Part shown: positions 51,969 to 63,581 of the stretch, in pieces
Layout: every line of letters begins with the position of its first letter
Position numbering within the stretch: the stretch's first letter is position 1
Assembly: GCA_964016885.1 (NCBI GenBank)
Contig: OZ024741.1
Span: 86,304,001 to 86,368,000, forward strand
Length of the DNA: 64,000 nt
Source of the DNA: Eledone cirrhosa
Taxonomy: Eukaryota
Direction of reading: 5' to 3'
Position numbers and translations under genes: made by a program
Notes under the pieces: generated by a model
Seen by the model: only the letters and a program-made list of their open reading frames with translations
Told to the model about the DNA's origin: nothing
The model's database searches: none

Positions 51969-53904
51969 TTTTCCTCTATATCTCTTTCTCATTTCCTCTC
52001 TCTCTCTCTCTCACTTTTTCCTTCTCTTGGAGAAATCTGCAGTATTCAGACATGGGCTCTACCAGGATTTAAAATGCCCTAGAAACGCTGTATGTCAATA
52101 TGGTTCCCCATTGACTCCCTCGTTCACTGTACTGGTGTAGTATTTTGTAAAGAGTCAAATGTTAGAAGCTTAATATAAAATAAAATCCTTTCATGTGGGT
52201 CTGATGATACTTTAATTTTCATCTTTCTGATCTTAGAGGGATCTATGAAATACAGGCTGTTCAGACAAGCCATTTTAGCCAAAGATTTTGCTACAATTAA
52301 AAGCAATAGGGTAAGTAGTTGGTTGGCAGAATTGTTAGAGCATCAGGCAAAATGCCTTGTGGCATTCCGTTACAGTGCTTTACACTCTTTGTTCAAATCC
52401 TGCTCAGGTCAACTTTGCCATACATCCTTCCTAGAGTCAATAAAACAAAATGCCAGTCAAATATTGGGGCCTTATGTCTAAATTAGAAAGCACAATTAAA
52501 AGCAAGATCATGATTTCTTTGTTATACATATAAACAACTTAAAATTTTAATTTATTGGATGGAAATTATCATACAGTAGTTTTTAAGCTATGTTGTTTTG
52601 TTGAATATGCTGCTACATTATTTTCTGTAACGATTCATCCAAGGCGTCCATATTATCCAGTATTTAATTATTTCAAAGAAATGAAATGAAGATATTCTTC
52701 TTTGTTGTATTCATCATATGTCCTCCCTAATACCAACCACATAACTGAATGTATTTTATAGTGGTACCAGCAGTAGTAACATTGTCAATTATTGATTTGA
52801 CTGAAGAGCTCTCTCTGCTCTATGGGGAGAAGGTTAGAAAGCAGTCTTGTCTGAAGAGAGCTGTATTTACAGAGTGAGGGCAGAAATAAATAGAGTGGCA
52901 AGTATGACGATGTGGGGTGGGGTGGCATAAGCGACAGAAAGATAAGTGTAATGTGATGTGAGTATGACAAGTGTGAAGATATTCTTTTATAATATTTTAC
53001 TGGTAATATGATACATAGTAAAATGAGCCCATCCATCACCTTGATTATATCATTTTCTGTGGTAACAGCTACCAAGTAAGCTATTCAGTATCATAGAAAT
53101 AGTCTCATTCTCATAATAAGAAAATTATTTATCAGCATGTTGATCATTAATAGTTGTTTAGTTTAATTATGAAAGATTTATTAGAAACAGATCTGCCATT
53201 GATTAAAATATTTTGGGCCAAGGCTTATTTTCGCAAGAAGCAGTTACATCATAACCCCTTTGAAACCATAATCTGATATTTTGCAGATCTATCCAGTTCA
53301 TCATCATCATCATTATAAATCTGCTTTCCATATTGGTATTGTTTGGTTGGGTTGTCATGGTCCAAGACCAGACAGGTTGGAGCGACCTCATCTCGTTCTT
53401 GTATTCCATGTTTGGTATGGTTTTTACAGCTTGATCTCCTTCCTAATGCCAACCACCTTACAGGGGTACTGAGTACATTTTTTGTGGCACCAGCACTATC
53501 CCTTTACAGAATGTACCTCATGTATTTTATTGTGGTACCAATACTAACACTTTACAGGGTGTACTGGGTGCATTTTGTTGAGGTACCAGTCACATGTTCG
53601 TTTAGACTGAAGGTCCTCTCAAATCTTATGTTGTCTTCATTCGATCACCAACATTGGTGTCTCACATTTACTTTCAGTGATATTTTGGTTGTAATTGGGC
53701 AGCTCTTTTGACATTCTGTCATCTATCCTATTTCTTCAAGTAGTTGGCTTTAGTCATACATATAACTGGCATTGGACAGGCCACCATCTGAGTGTCTGAA
53801 ATTGACTTTGTGAATATTACTGGATTAAAAGATACTCTGCAAGACAGCAGTTTTGAACAAGCAATTGTAGATATTGAAATAAAGATTGACATCATCATCT
53901 TCTT

Positions 53905-54070
53905 TAGTGTGGGCTGGGAGTATTTTATCATGGCACCAGCTTTACCACTTTACAGTGTGAGCTGGGTGTATTTTATCATGGCACTAGGTCTACCACTTTA
54001 CAGTGTGGACTGGGAGTATTTTATCATGGCACCAGCTCTACTACCTTAGTGTGGGCTGGGTGTATTTTAT
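53905..54070 (-). repeat. Tandem ~47-bp units derived from the RTE 3' UTR repeat
   Basis: AGTGTGGGCTGGG.GTATTTTATCATGGCACCAGCT.TACCACTTTAC, about 3.5 copies. Confidence 0.75.
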
Positions 54071-55323
54071 GACAAATGAAAATATGTAAGTAATGGAGGC
54101 AGCAGGGAGGACAAGGTTGTTGTGATATTTGGATAACAATTAATGGTGAAATTTGATATAATTACCCACTCTGACATAGCATTTTCAAGTGAAGAACATG
54201 AATGGTTTTGCAGAATTGTGAAGTAGAAACCATATTCCACAGAATGGGCCACAATGTAATCTATATGCTCAATAAAAATTACTTGTACAAACTGCTTTTC
54301 CAGTCATAATTTATTCCAACCAAACAAATGACAGTGGAAAGGGTATCACAAACCTGAATGTCTTTCTATCTCTGATATTTGAACACGAATTAATGTTAAA
54401 CAGGAAGTATATAATATAAAATCATGAATTTGGGTACTCCCCAGATATGGTTTCAGAATAAAGTCAAGCTGTGTCCTTCATATGGCAGGCTATTGTTATC
54501 CTACATTTGCATTGTTCAATATTAAAGGATAGCCATTAAACGATTTCCACATTTTGGAATGTACTGTAAAAACTGAAAGCTGTCATAAATAGAGATTTAT
54601 TTCTTCCAAATGGTATGAAATAATGTAACCCAAATGAAATCACTAGTTATTGTTAGTTTTACAGCATTGTTTATGAATATATTTATTGTACAGAACATTA
54701 TAAAGTTAACTATAAATAAATGTTTATTTTCATTTATACATCAAGAATGGGAAACAATGTTGGACATGTTTAAACCTTACTCAGATTTGCTGAAAATGTT
54801 TGAATGTCTCATTAAATTAGGCAATATTTCACTTTAATTGACATTGGAAAAGAGAATTTAGAAATTAAAAGCTGTTGTTCATATAAATCCCTTAACATTT
54901 TTTATACCAAACTAGATCTGTTTATTTTACAGTGTTTATATTTATCTAAATACCTTCCATCATAATTCTATATCAGAACCGTTAAGTTGTTCCAAACTCC
55001 AGCTTAATAATAAAAAAAATAGTTATATTACTAAATCCCTTCAAATTATTGTATATTCTCAACATATGAAAAGCTATGTCTTTCATTAAGTCCGGTCTAC
55101 CATAACGGAATGAAGAACAAAGAAAATATTTCCAAAATGGCGAAGCAACTTCTACCTCACAATGGTTAGCATAAGTCTCGCGTTGTTATCGTGTGACTTC
55201 AATTAATTGTTGAAGCAAGGGAGATCATTCTCAAGAATTTAGGATGAAGATAGATAATTATATGCTAGCACGCGCACATATTACTTAAGCTGATGTATGC
55301 ATATAATCCAAATATTGTGTGTG

Positions 55324-55362
<39 letters not shown>

Positions 55363-55372
55363 GTTGTAATAG

Positions 55373-55474
55373 AATGAAAACGAAATTTCATTTCTCACTC
55401 TTAGTACGGCACTTACTTAAATGTAAGTATGTATGTATACGTACATACATATATGTATACAGACGTACAGTAGC

Positions 55475-55529
<55 letters not shown>

Positions 55530-56193
55530 CAGGTACACATACATATATGTACGTATCAGTTTAGCGGACGTTTATTATAACGCCCGCTTTGTCTGTTTGT
55601 AAACAAGCGGACAGCCTGAATTTATGTCGAAAGTATATACTTTCGAACGTTCAACCATCTGGCAGAAGGGTATACGGTGCTGATGATAGCTAAGAAGCTT
55701 GAAACTAGTACATCGTTCCTGTGTCAGTGGCGTTATAATAAACATCCGCTAAACTGATACGTACATATATGTATGTGTACCTGTATGTATATATATATAT
55801 GCATGCTACTGTACGTCTGTATACATATATGTATGTACGTATACATATATATATATGTATGTGTGTGTATGTGTATGATAATAATATGGAAAACGAAGAA
55901 TCAGTGATGCATCAAAACATTTATTAACGTATGACAATTGTTTCTCCGGCGAACAGTTCGAGATAAGATCTATTTGTGGATCAAACATGACTGGATTCGC
56001 AAGTTCCAGTGATACGTCTAGCGACTTCGAAGCAAATCCTCTTTGCCGGACAAACAATTGTAATACGTTAATAAATTGTGTTTCAATGCATCACTGATTC
56101 TTCGTTTTCCATATTATTATTATACTCTGCTCTGAAGGAGCATAGAGTGCTCAATCGGCATACCACCTATGGACGCATCGAAGCAACCTTACT

Positions 56194-56263
<70 letters not shown>

Positions 56264-56380
56264 GGAAAAAAAATGAAACGAAATTTCATTTCCCACTCTT
56301 AGTACTGCTGTTACTTAAATATAAGTATGTACACGTACATACATATATGTATACAGACGTACAGTAGTATGTATATATAT
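55373..56380 (+). mobile_element. Structured, hammerhead-containing, terminally redundant element (retrozyme-like or Penelope pLTR-like) embedded in (TA)n
   Basis: Direct repeat 55373-~55480 / 56272-~56375; inverted repeats 55433-55584 / 55729-55846 and 55878-55953 / 56042-56120; the hammerhead lies in the first loop. Confidence 0.6.
55667..55720 (+). ncRNA. Type I (minimal) hammerhead ribozyme
   Basis: Stem I ACGGUG (55674-79) pairs with CAUCGU (55711-16) and extends past a UAU bulge by AGGG/UCCU. Core CUGAUGA at 55680-86. Stem II is AGCU-AAGA-AGCU with a U.U closing pair. GAAA at 55701-04, palindromic mini stem III ACUAGU, and cleavage triplet GUA (cut after 55710). Confidence 0.8.
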
Positions 56381-58370
56381 ATACATACATACATGCGCAC
56401 ATATATGTACGTGTACATACTTATATATATATATATTATATGCATATAATCATTTTCACCATTCTTGCATGGGTTGAACAGGTTATTAAAGGCCAAGTCA
56501 ATACTTAATTGAAGCTATTGCCTTCTTAGATAGATTCGTGAACCAGACTTCAATTCATTCCGCTTTAACTTTTTTTCTTTTTTTCTTCTTATAATTAGAT
56601 GTCTTTTCTAATGCCAGTCACTTTACAGAATGCACTGGAGGAATTTTATTTTGTCAATATTAATGCTAAAATACTGCGGAAATAAAAATTACTCTGGGCT
56701 AATATACTAGAGTTATTACAGAGTTTGTGATTTATTCATAGTTCTGCACAGCCATTAAGATGAGAGGGAGAGGTTGCATGTTTGGTGGGGCATAGAGGAG
56801 TACTCAGCATCATAAAAGTAGTAACTTCAACATTCCCTGTAATACGAACCTAACAGTCCTGTTTAGATTTATGTACTTGTATATGGTATATGTGTATGTA
56901 TTCGTATATGTACACACTATAAACTTTTGGTTCTCCGTGGTGGCCACAGTGGAGTTAGTTATCTCCCTTCATTCTAAATTCATGAGAATCACCTCCCCTG
57001 AATTGAATACATGAAACAATTTGCGTGTGTGTGTATGTATGTATATATGTATATATAGTTTTGTTTTTTCACATTCATATATGCGGTATTACCAACCATA
57101 TTTAGATGTGATTAAAGGATTAAAGTGAAAGCTTTTAAATACTAATTGCTGGCCAATAGCAGCATATAAGAATCATCATCATCATCACCATCATTGTTTA
57201 ATTACCGTTTTCTCTGCTAATAAAGTTATGACATGTCATCACAGACCGGCCAGTACTCTAGGTGGTCTGGGAGCCTACTCTCTACTGAGTGTATTTTATC
57301 ATAGCACCAACACCAGGGAAGTTGTCATGTATTAGCATAGCTGAAAAGCCTTGCCAACACTGTTTGATAGGTTTTCTACAGCTAGCTCCGTCATAACACC
57401 TACCATTTTACAGGAGCATACAGGATAAAAGTTTATTGTGTGTGGTTCATCAACTTTAAGGAAGTAGTCATGTCTATGGCATGACTGAAGAGACCTCCAG
57501 ACGTGTACTGAGTATGTTTATCATGTCAATCATCAACACTAGAGGGGTTATCATGCTCCTAATAGATTATCAATTTAAGCACACAATCTCTGCATTCACG
57601 CTTAGAAGGGATCTTAGAAAACTGAGATATTCTAAAATCTAACATTTCAAAATATTTCAGGCAAATATAATATTCAAAATACAGAAAGATGTAATGGATG
57701 ACCGAGCGAATGTAAAGTAGAACTTCAGTTACATGCATACAGTTATAATGTATACAGTCAATGTTACATGATTTGGTGAATAGAATTAGTGCATACATTT
57801 GAATAAGCTGATGGTGTATATAACTTAAATAAGCCGAATTCTCAAATTAATAACTATTAGTCTGGTCTCTTCCTATTCTCATTGTTCAGGGTCAGTGACC
57901 ATGGACAATTGCACAAATGCTCAGCTATTTGATGCTGTATGTTCATGATTCTTATTAGGAAAAATATGACATTGGTGGGTCCTGAATCCACAAGCTGGCT
58001 ACCAAGCTGCAGCGCACCGATCTACATTACAAGGATGAACCCTTTGGCCACCTTAAAGCTTATTACCAATATGAATGAGTCACCTCTACCTGAGTTTTGC
58101 AGTCAGTTATCCTTCCCCTAGACAGATTTCTAACCACGATTAACAAGCTCTATCTACTGTTTTTATTATTATTATTCAGTATTGGTAAAGCAGCAGACAC
58201 CATGCTTTACTGTATAGTTATGGCCCTTTGCGTTCTGAGTTCAAATGCCCTTCCCAATGCCTATATATATGTGTATATATATACGTCTAAACCCATGCTA
58301 GCATGGAAGATAGACGTTAAACGATGATGATTATGTGTGTGTGTATGTGTATATATATATATATATATAT

Positions 58371-58925
58371 GCAATAAAGTTTTGTGTCAAAAACGCTGCA
58401 GAAACCTATGAAATGATCAAAACTGCTTACCGACTAACTTTCATGAGCTAAGCACCTGTTTTCTGTCGGACCAAGAGAGTGCCTAGAAGAAACATTCTGA
58501 CAACCCAAGAAAGCCAGGCAAAGCAAGTCGACTGGGAAGTTCATGATCTTATTTTTTGACAGCAAGGGCATCTAGATCAACTGGGTCCCCCGCGGCCAGA
58601 CAGTCAACAAAGAGTACTATGTAATTCAGAAAGCGATATTGTCGCAAGAGGCCAAAGCTCTTCAAGTCTGGTCAGTGGCACCTGCACCAGGACAATGTTT
58701 CCTGCCACAAATCTATCCTGGTGACCAGCTACTTGGCCATTATAGGAATCAATCCTCTATACAGTCCAGACTTAGCCACATGTGACTTCTGGATGTTTCT
58801 GAAGCTGAAGGAGAAGTTCAGGGGTATCCGCTTTGAGGATGTGGAGGAGTTGGGGGTCGTGACAAGCACATTGGACACCTTCACTTTGGAGGATTACAAG
58901 GGGCCCTTCCAGAAGTGGCTGGAGT
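58371..58925 (+). pseudogene. Mariner-type transposase remnant, internally deleted, no TIRs, flanked by (TA)n
   Basis: AIKFCVK.AAETYEMIKTAY, FFDSKGI, WVPRGQTVNKEYY, WHLHQDN and YSPDLATCDFWMFLKLK. Confidence 0.85.
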
Positions 58926-58937
58926 GTGGGTGTGGCG

Positions 58938-58977
<40 letters not shown>

Positions 58978-59706
58978 CTTAGCCCACACTGTGAAGTGGG
59001 CGTGTAGGTGTCATGATAGAAAGCACCCAGCACACACTGTCAATGTGATTGGCATTGGGAAGGCCATCCAGCCATACAAAACCAGCCAGAAACACTCTTA
59101 TATGAGCGAGATACAGTCACCTGACCCAACTTGCCTCTAAGTGGGACAAACCTGTCTAACCCATGCTAGCGTGGAAGATAGACGTTAATCGATGATGATG
59201 ATGATGATTATATATATATATATAATTGATGGAAGCTACGGTGTAGGCAGACGCAGAAAAACCTGGGACGATTTGATAAATTGCGACCTTACACACTTAC
59301 ACCTCTCTAAGACAATGTCACTGGACCGAGATCTTTGGCACTACACTATTATAGAAGACCCCACTTGCCTAAGTACAAAGCGAAACCTACAGTCAGTAGG
59401 CACCTCTTAACCAAAAATACACCCCCATCTACACCACCCCTTTCGATGTAGAGTTATGTTGGTACCACAACATCTAGTCCTAAATAAATGAGGTCGTGTA
59501 GGTATCACGACAAAAAAAAACACACAGTCCACGCTGTAATGTGGCCGTGTAGGTAACACGGTAAAAACCTCCCAGTCCACACTGTAAACGTGGTTGGTGT
59601 TAGGAAGGGCAGAAAGCCCTATATGAGCAAGACAACCAATCTTGCCTCAAGTGGGACAATTCCCGTCTAAACCCATGCTAGCATGGAAGATAGATGTTAA
59701 ACGATG

Positions 59707-59749
<43 letters not shown>

Positions 59750-59909
59750 TGCCATGACTAAATTATAACTATCAATAGTCAAGGTATGTCAAGCATCAAC
59801 TTATTTTATATGATGAGGATGTATTGTTGAAATAGCTCAGTATCTCTGAAATATGTATAATAAAATATATTTGATCACATGAATGTCTATATTTATTAAT
59901 ATTTTGAAG

Positions 59910-59968
<59 letters not shown>

Positions 59969-61165
59969 AACGAGTCCTACTCGTTCTTATTACCCACTCT
60001 ACTACCCTAAGTATTGAGTACTTTGGTGCGTTATGGTCCACCTGGTTCCTTACCACATTTCCTTCGTTATATATATATATATATACACACATAAACATAT
60101 ACCTTACTCTTATAACTTTTTATTCTAAAAATAATCCTATTAATATGTGGTTATTTGTTTCTTAGTAACTAGAACTTCTAGTTATTGATATTTTTATTAC
60201 TGAATTAAGCTTCCATAATTTTTCTATTGTTTTTCTTAATATATTCTATTACTATTATTCTTATAATTCTCGTTACTTCAATTAGTAAGTATTATTAAAC
60301 TTATAAGCTCAAGAATATAGTATTAGAGTGTAAAAGTCAAGCTAAATATTTTTTAGTCACTGCACATATCTTTACTAATTAATTTTAATTGCGTGTTTAG
60401 TCTTCCATAAAATTTTAAGGTTTTCCCAACTGCATTTTAAATTTGTTTACATTTTTGGAATGTAGATGTTTGGCTATGTACTCAGTAATTAATTGTTATT
60501 TATGTTGTTTGATAGATTCTGAAGTAATCAATACAGAAGAAATGTATTTTTTACTGTATTGAGTGAAACATTCATAAATCAATTAAATTATCTAATGTAA
60601 TTTAATCCTGGTTATTTTTATTCATTTTGTGATATTGTAAAACTACTGTGAATGGAAATTTACTGATTGTATTAAACTCTGAATTGTCTTTTATCTATCT
60701 TGCTGTGGACCATAAAGTCACGTTTGAGCTTTGAATTATTCTTTGCCTTTATATGGTTGTATTATGAACTCATCTAAACACACGCACACGCGCGCACATA
60801 TCCAATGGTTGAAGCCAATCAACATCAACCTTTTTGCCATTTTGTTTCATAATCTTTCTTGGTTTAAAGCCTCAAATCACTTGACTATGTTGACAACTTT
60901 CTGCTTGTCTCATTTGTTAATAAAAATCGATTTGGTTTTCATGGCCACCTGATGGATATGGGACTAGTTGGGTGGCTGGCTGACTGACATTGTCAGGCTT
61001 ACATTGCGAATGATACACATTTCTTGTGTTTGATGACCAAAATGTTTATCGCATCTATATTCGATACAAAAAAGTATGTATTCATATTTATTACCACATT
61101 TTTTAATGAAACCCTCAGTATATAAGTGAGGAATTTAGAGGCGTTACTTTTATTTCATTATTAAG

Positions 61166-61592
61166 GGCTGAAGACGAGCACTTACCTCTTCGGTGATGCC
61201 CTGATTAACTTTTTCAAATTTCATTTGAAAAGGAAAATCAGGGTAGAGAGGGAAGTGCTCTCTTCCCAGCATTTTGTTGAAAGATGGGTGAGAGAGGCAA
61301 GAATGGCCCAAGTGAATGGGCCTACTCTGAGTATGTCTGTAAATTAAAGGTGGAAAACTGGGAGAGGGCACTTACTCTGGTGGTCAGGGTCACTGTGGAT
61401 TTTTAATGGGCTTTCTCCATGAATGTCCCTCGGAAGTCTCCCCCGTATTGGGGAATTTTTTATTGTTATTTTTTTGTTACATCCTCTGTTTTTGTTTTTT
61501 ACACGCAGAAATGCCCATTTGTACCATCCTGTATTGTCCTGTACTGTCCTTAATGTCTACATTATGTAAACCTTTGTGGTTAATAAAGAAAG
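61166..61592 (+). mobile_element. Tx1/L1-clade LINE, copy C: short 3' fragment with a 10-bp TSD
   Basis: Matches the 3' ends of copies A and B (INFFKFHLKRKIRVEREVL..., AATAAAGAAAG). CATTATTAAG occurs at 61156-61165 and 61593-61602. Confidence 0.88.
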
Positions 61593-62441
61593 CATTATTA
61601 AGATGGCATTTGGAATATTACTTAAGATGTTGAAAAATTTAAATTTAAATAGAAACCCTTTAAAATGGGTAGTTTTGCTTAATTTATATTAAGAGTCCAT
61701 TTGGGGGGGGGGGGGGGGCGTATTTAAAAAAAAAACAACCTTTATACACAGTATCAGTATATACTTGTATATGTCACCTGTTTCAAGTGTATAATATTTT
61801 GGCTTCAGTATTTACATATATCACATGTTGCATTTTACAAATACTGTTTGCAGCATAGCTGGTTATATTTAAGTGGAGATTAGGATTATGGCTAGCTGAT
61901 GAAGTACTGCATATATATTTTTTACACACATGGATGACTTCTATGTATAAATTAATGAAAACTGCATATTGTCATAGGAGCATGTATTTAGCAAGAACAG
62001 AATTTTGCAGTTTTGGGGGGATTTCATTTTTCATGTAATATCATTGATATACATTTGTTTGCAGTGATAATGTTCATATAGACTGAGTAGTGGTATGAGC
62101 AATCTGCCTAACAAGCTTAATTATCACTTGGTTGTGTGTAGTGAAATTTTGAACCTTGATAGATAAATTACATGCAGTTTTTTATACTTTTTTTTCTTTT
62201 TTAATTAACATTCCCCCCCCCCCCCACACACTTTTTTAAAGCAACAAAAAGGTGGGGCTTATCTTCAAAAGTATACTTGATAGTTATATGCTTTAACATA
62301 TTGAGTATTCCTGCATTCTTTAAAGTGTTGGTTATTAGGATTAGAGGAACAATAAAATTTAAGATACACATCCTTATTGCTAAATTGAAATCTATTTTCT
62401 CTTACTGTTTTTACTAATGAAAATTTCTTATGTATTTACAG

Positions 62442-62537
62442 ATCTTAAAAGTGCACTCGTGTTTGAGTTATCTGCTTTGTCTTTGCATCAAGTTAATGTA
62501 TCATTTGAACACCCTCTACAAGATTCCATGGTTACAG
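62442..62537 (+). CDS. MED1: MED1 exon (96 nt): DLKSALVFELSALSLHQVNVSFEHPLQDSMVT
   Basis: gtatttacag| and G|gtaatt; resembles 'FEVCPLS...FSVSFQHPVNDSLV'. Confidence 0.92.
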
Positions 62538-63475
62538 GTAATTCTCTTTTCTCTTTGATATCTTAAAATATATTTGTAATACCCTGCTTCATGATAAATA
62601 TTGAACACAAATAGTTATTTTCTCTAGTGTAATGGGGGAAACTTTGGTAATTAAAATTAAAAATCTTAAATAATGTATTTTTGTAAATGAATAACTGTAT
62701 ATGTAGTTCAAATACTTTTTAATAAAAGAACTTCCTTGTTTTGTTTTACTGCAAGACATGAAAAGATACTGTTTGTAATTTTCAAATAATTTTGGAAATA
62801 AGAATTTGGAGATATTTAGTAATATAACTTACTTTCTCAGCCTTAAGCTGTTGTTTGGAACAAAGGTTCTGACATAAAATTATGATAGGCTTTTAGATAA
62901 TTATAGACACTTTAAAATAAAGTTTGGTATTGTAGAACTTGGACTCCTTTCAGGTGATTTGGTATCAAGAAGGTTAAACTACAATCATATTAATAAATAG
63001 TGTATTTTGACTATTTTACATTTCATTTTCCTATGTTAGCATATTACGGTCAATTTTGTTTCTTTTCCTCTCCCTGTTTCAAGTACATTCATTACTATAT
63101 TTCTAATAAATAGTTTTGAAACAATTGAGTTTTTGGATGGATTTAATAATATAATTTTCTCATTATTAAGTTCATATTTTGAATATATTTTAACAAATGT
63201 TCTTACATGAAATTATGATGTAGGTTTTTAGATAACTATAAACACTTTAAAATACAAACAGTTTTATATCGTATAACCAGGGGTGATTTCAGACGGTTTC
63301 ATATTAAAAAAAAGTTACTACATTGGAATCAGTTGAATTAGTTATTCCCCTTCCCAACAAAGTTGCTCATTTGCCTAATCTGAAAGAGAAAAAAAACAAA
63401 ACATTATTTATGAATATATTTCTGTATTTTGTGTGAACATTTAATAAAGTATTTATTTATTTTATTTTTATTTAG

Positions 63476-63581
63476 CTGAGTTTGATATGAGTGACATTAC
63501 CAACCTGAAGTGTCGTGTTTGCACTGCTGTAGATGGCCAGTCATTTTGTTCAGATGAATATGCATCTAAAGTATTTCGCCA
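63476..63581 (+). CDS. MED1: MED1 exon (106 nt): AEFDMSDITNLKCRVCTAVDGQSFCSDEYASKVFR
   Basis: ttttatttag| and CA|gtatgt; resembles 'DVQDSTHVSCKL...ICTDDFIAKVVQR'. Confidence 0.9.

Larger units (their letters stand above)
24566..63581 (+). other. MED1: MED1 gene span within the window: 13 coding exons, incomplete at the 3' end and probably at the 5' end
   Basis: The spliced peptide is collinear with the metazoan MED1 N-terminal domain (W-x-E-x-IK, L-x-TLQKA, SDMFY, DVKIAH, LALQSLE, YFVSP-x-DLLD, LPACF, LP-x-QQH-x-YF, F-x-HP, VSFEHP). All introns are GT-AG with matching phases. Confidence 0.95.

Noticed and set aside
56123-56160. Possible second hammerhead (CTGAAGGAGCATAGAGTGCTCAATC)
   Set aside because: The core has an extra G and lacks GAAA and a matching stem I; only a simple hairpin is supportable.
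55374-60098. ORFs with IYIYIY or HTHTHT runs
   Set aside because: They are translations of (TA)n and (CA)n microsatellites.
61703-62225. G16 and C13 runs about 500 bp apart as a long-range stem or G-quadruplex
   Set aside because: Homopolymers only, with weak flanking complementarity; a chance occurrence cannot be excluded.
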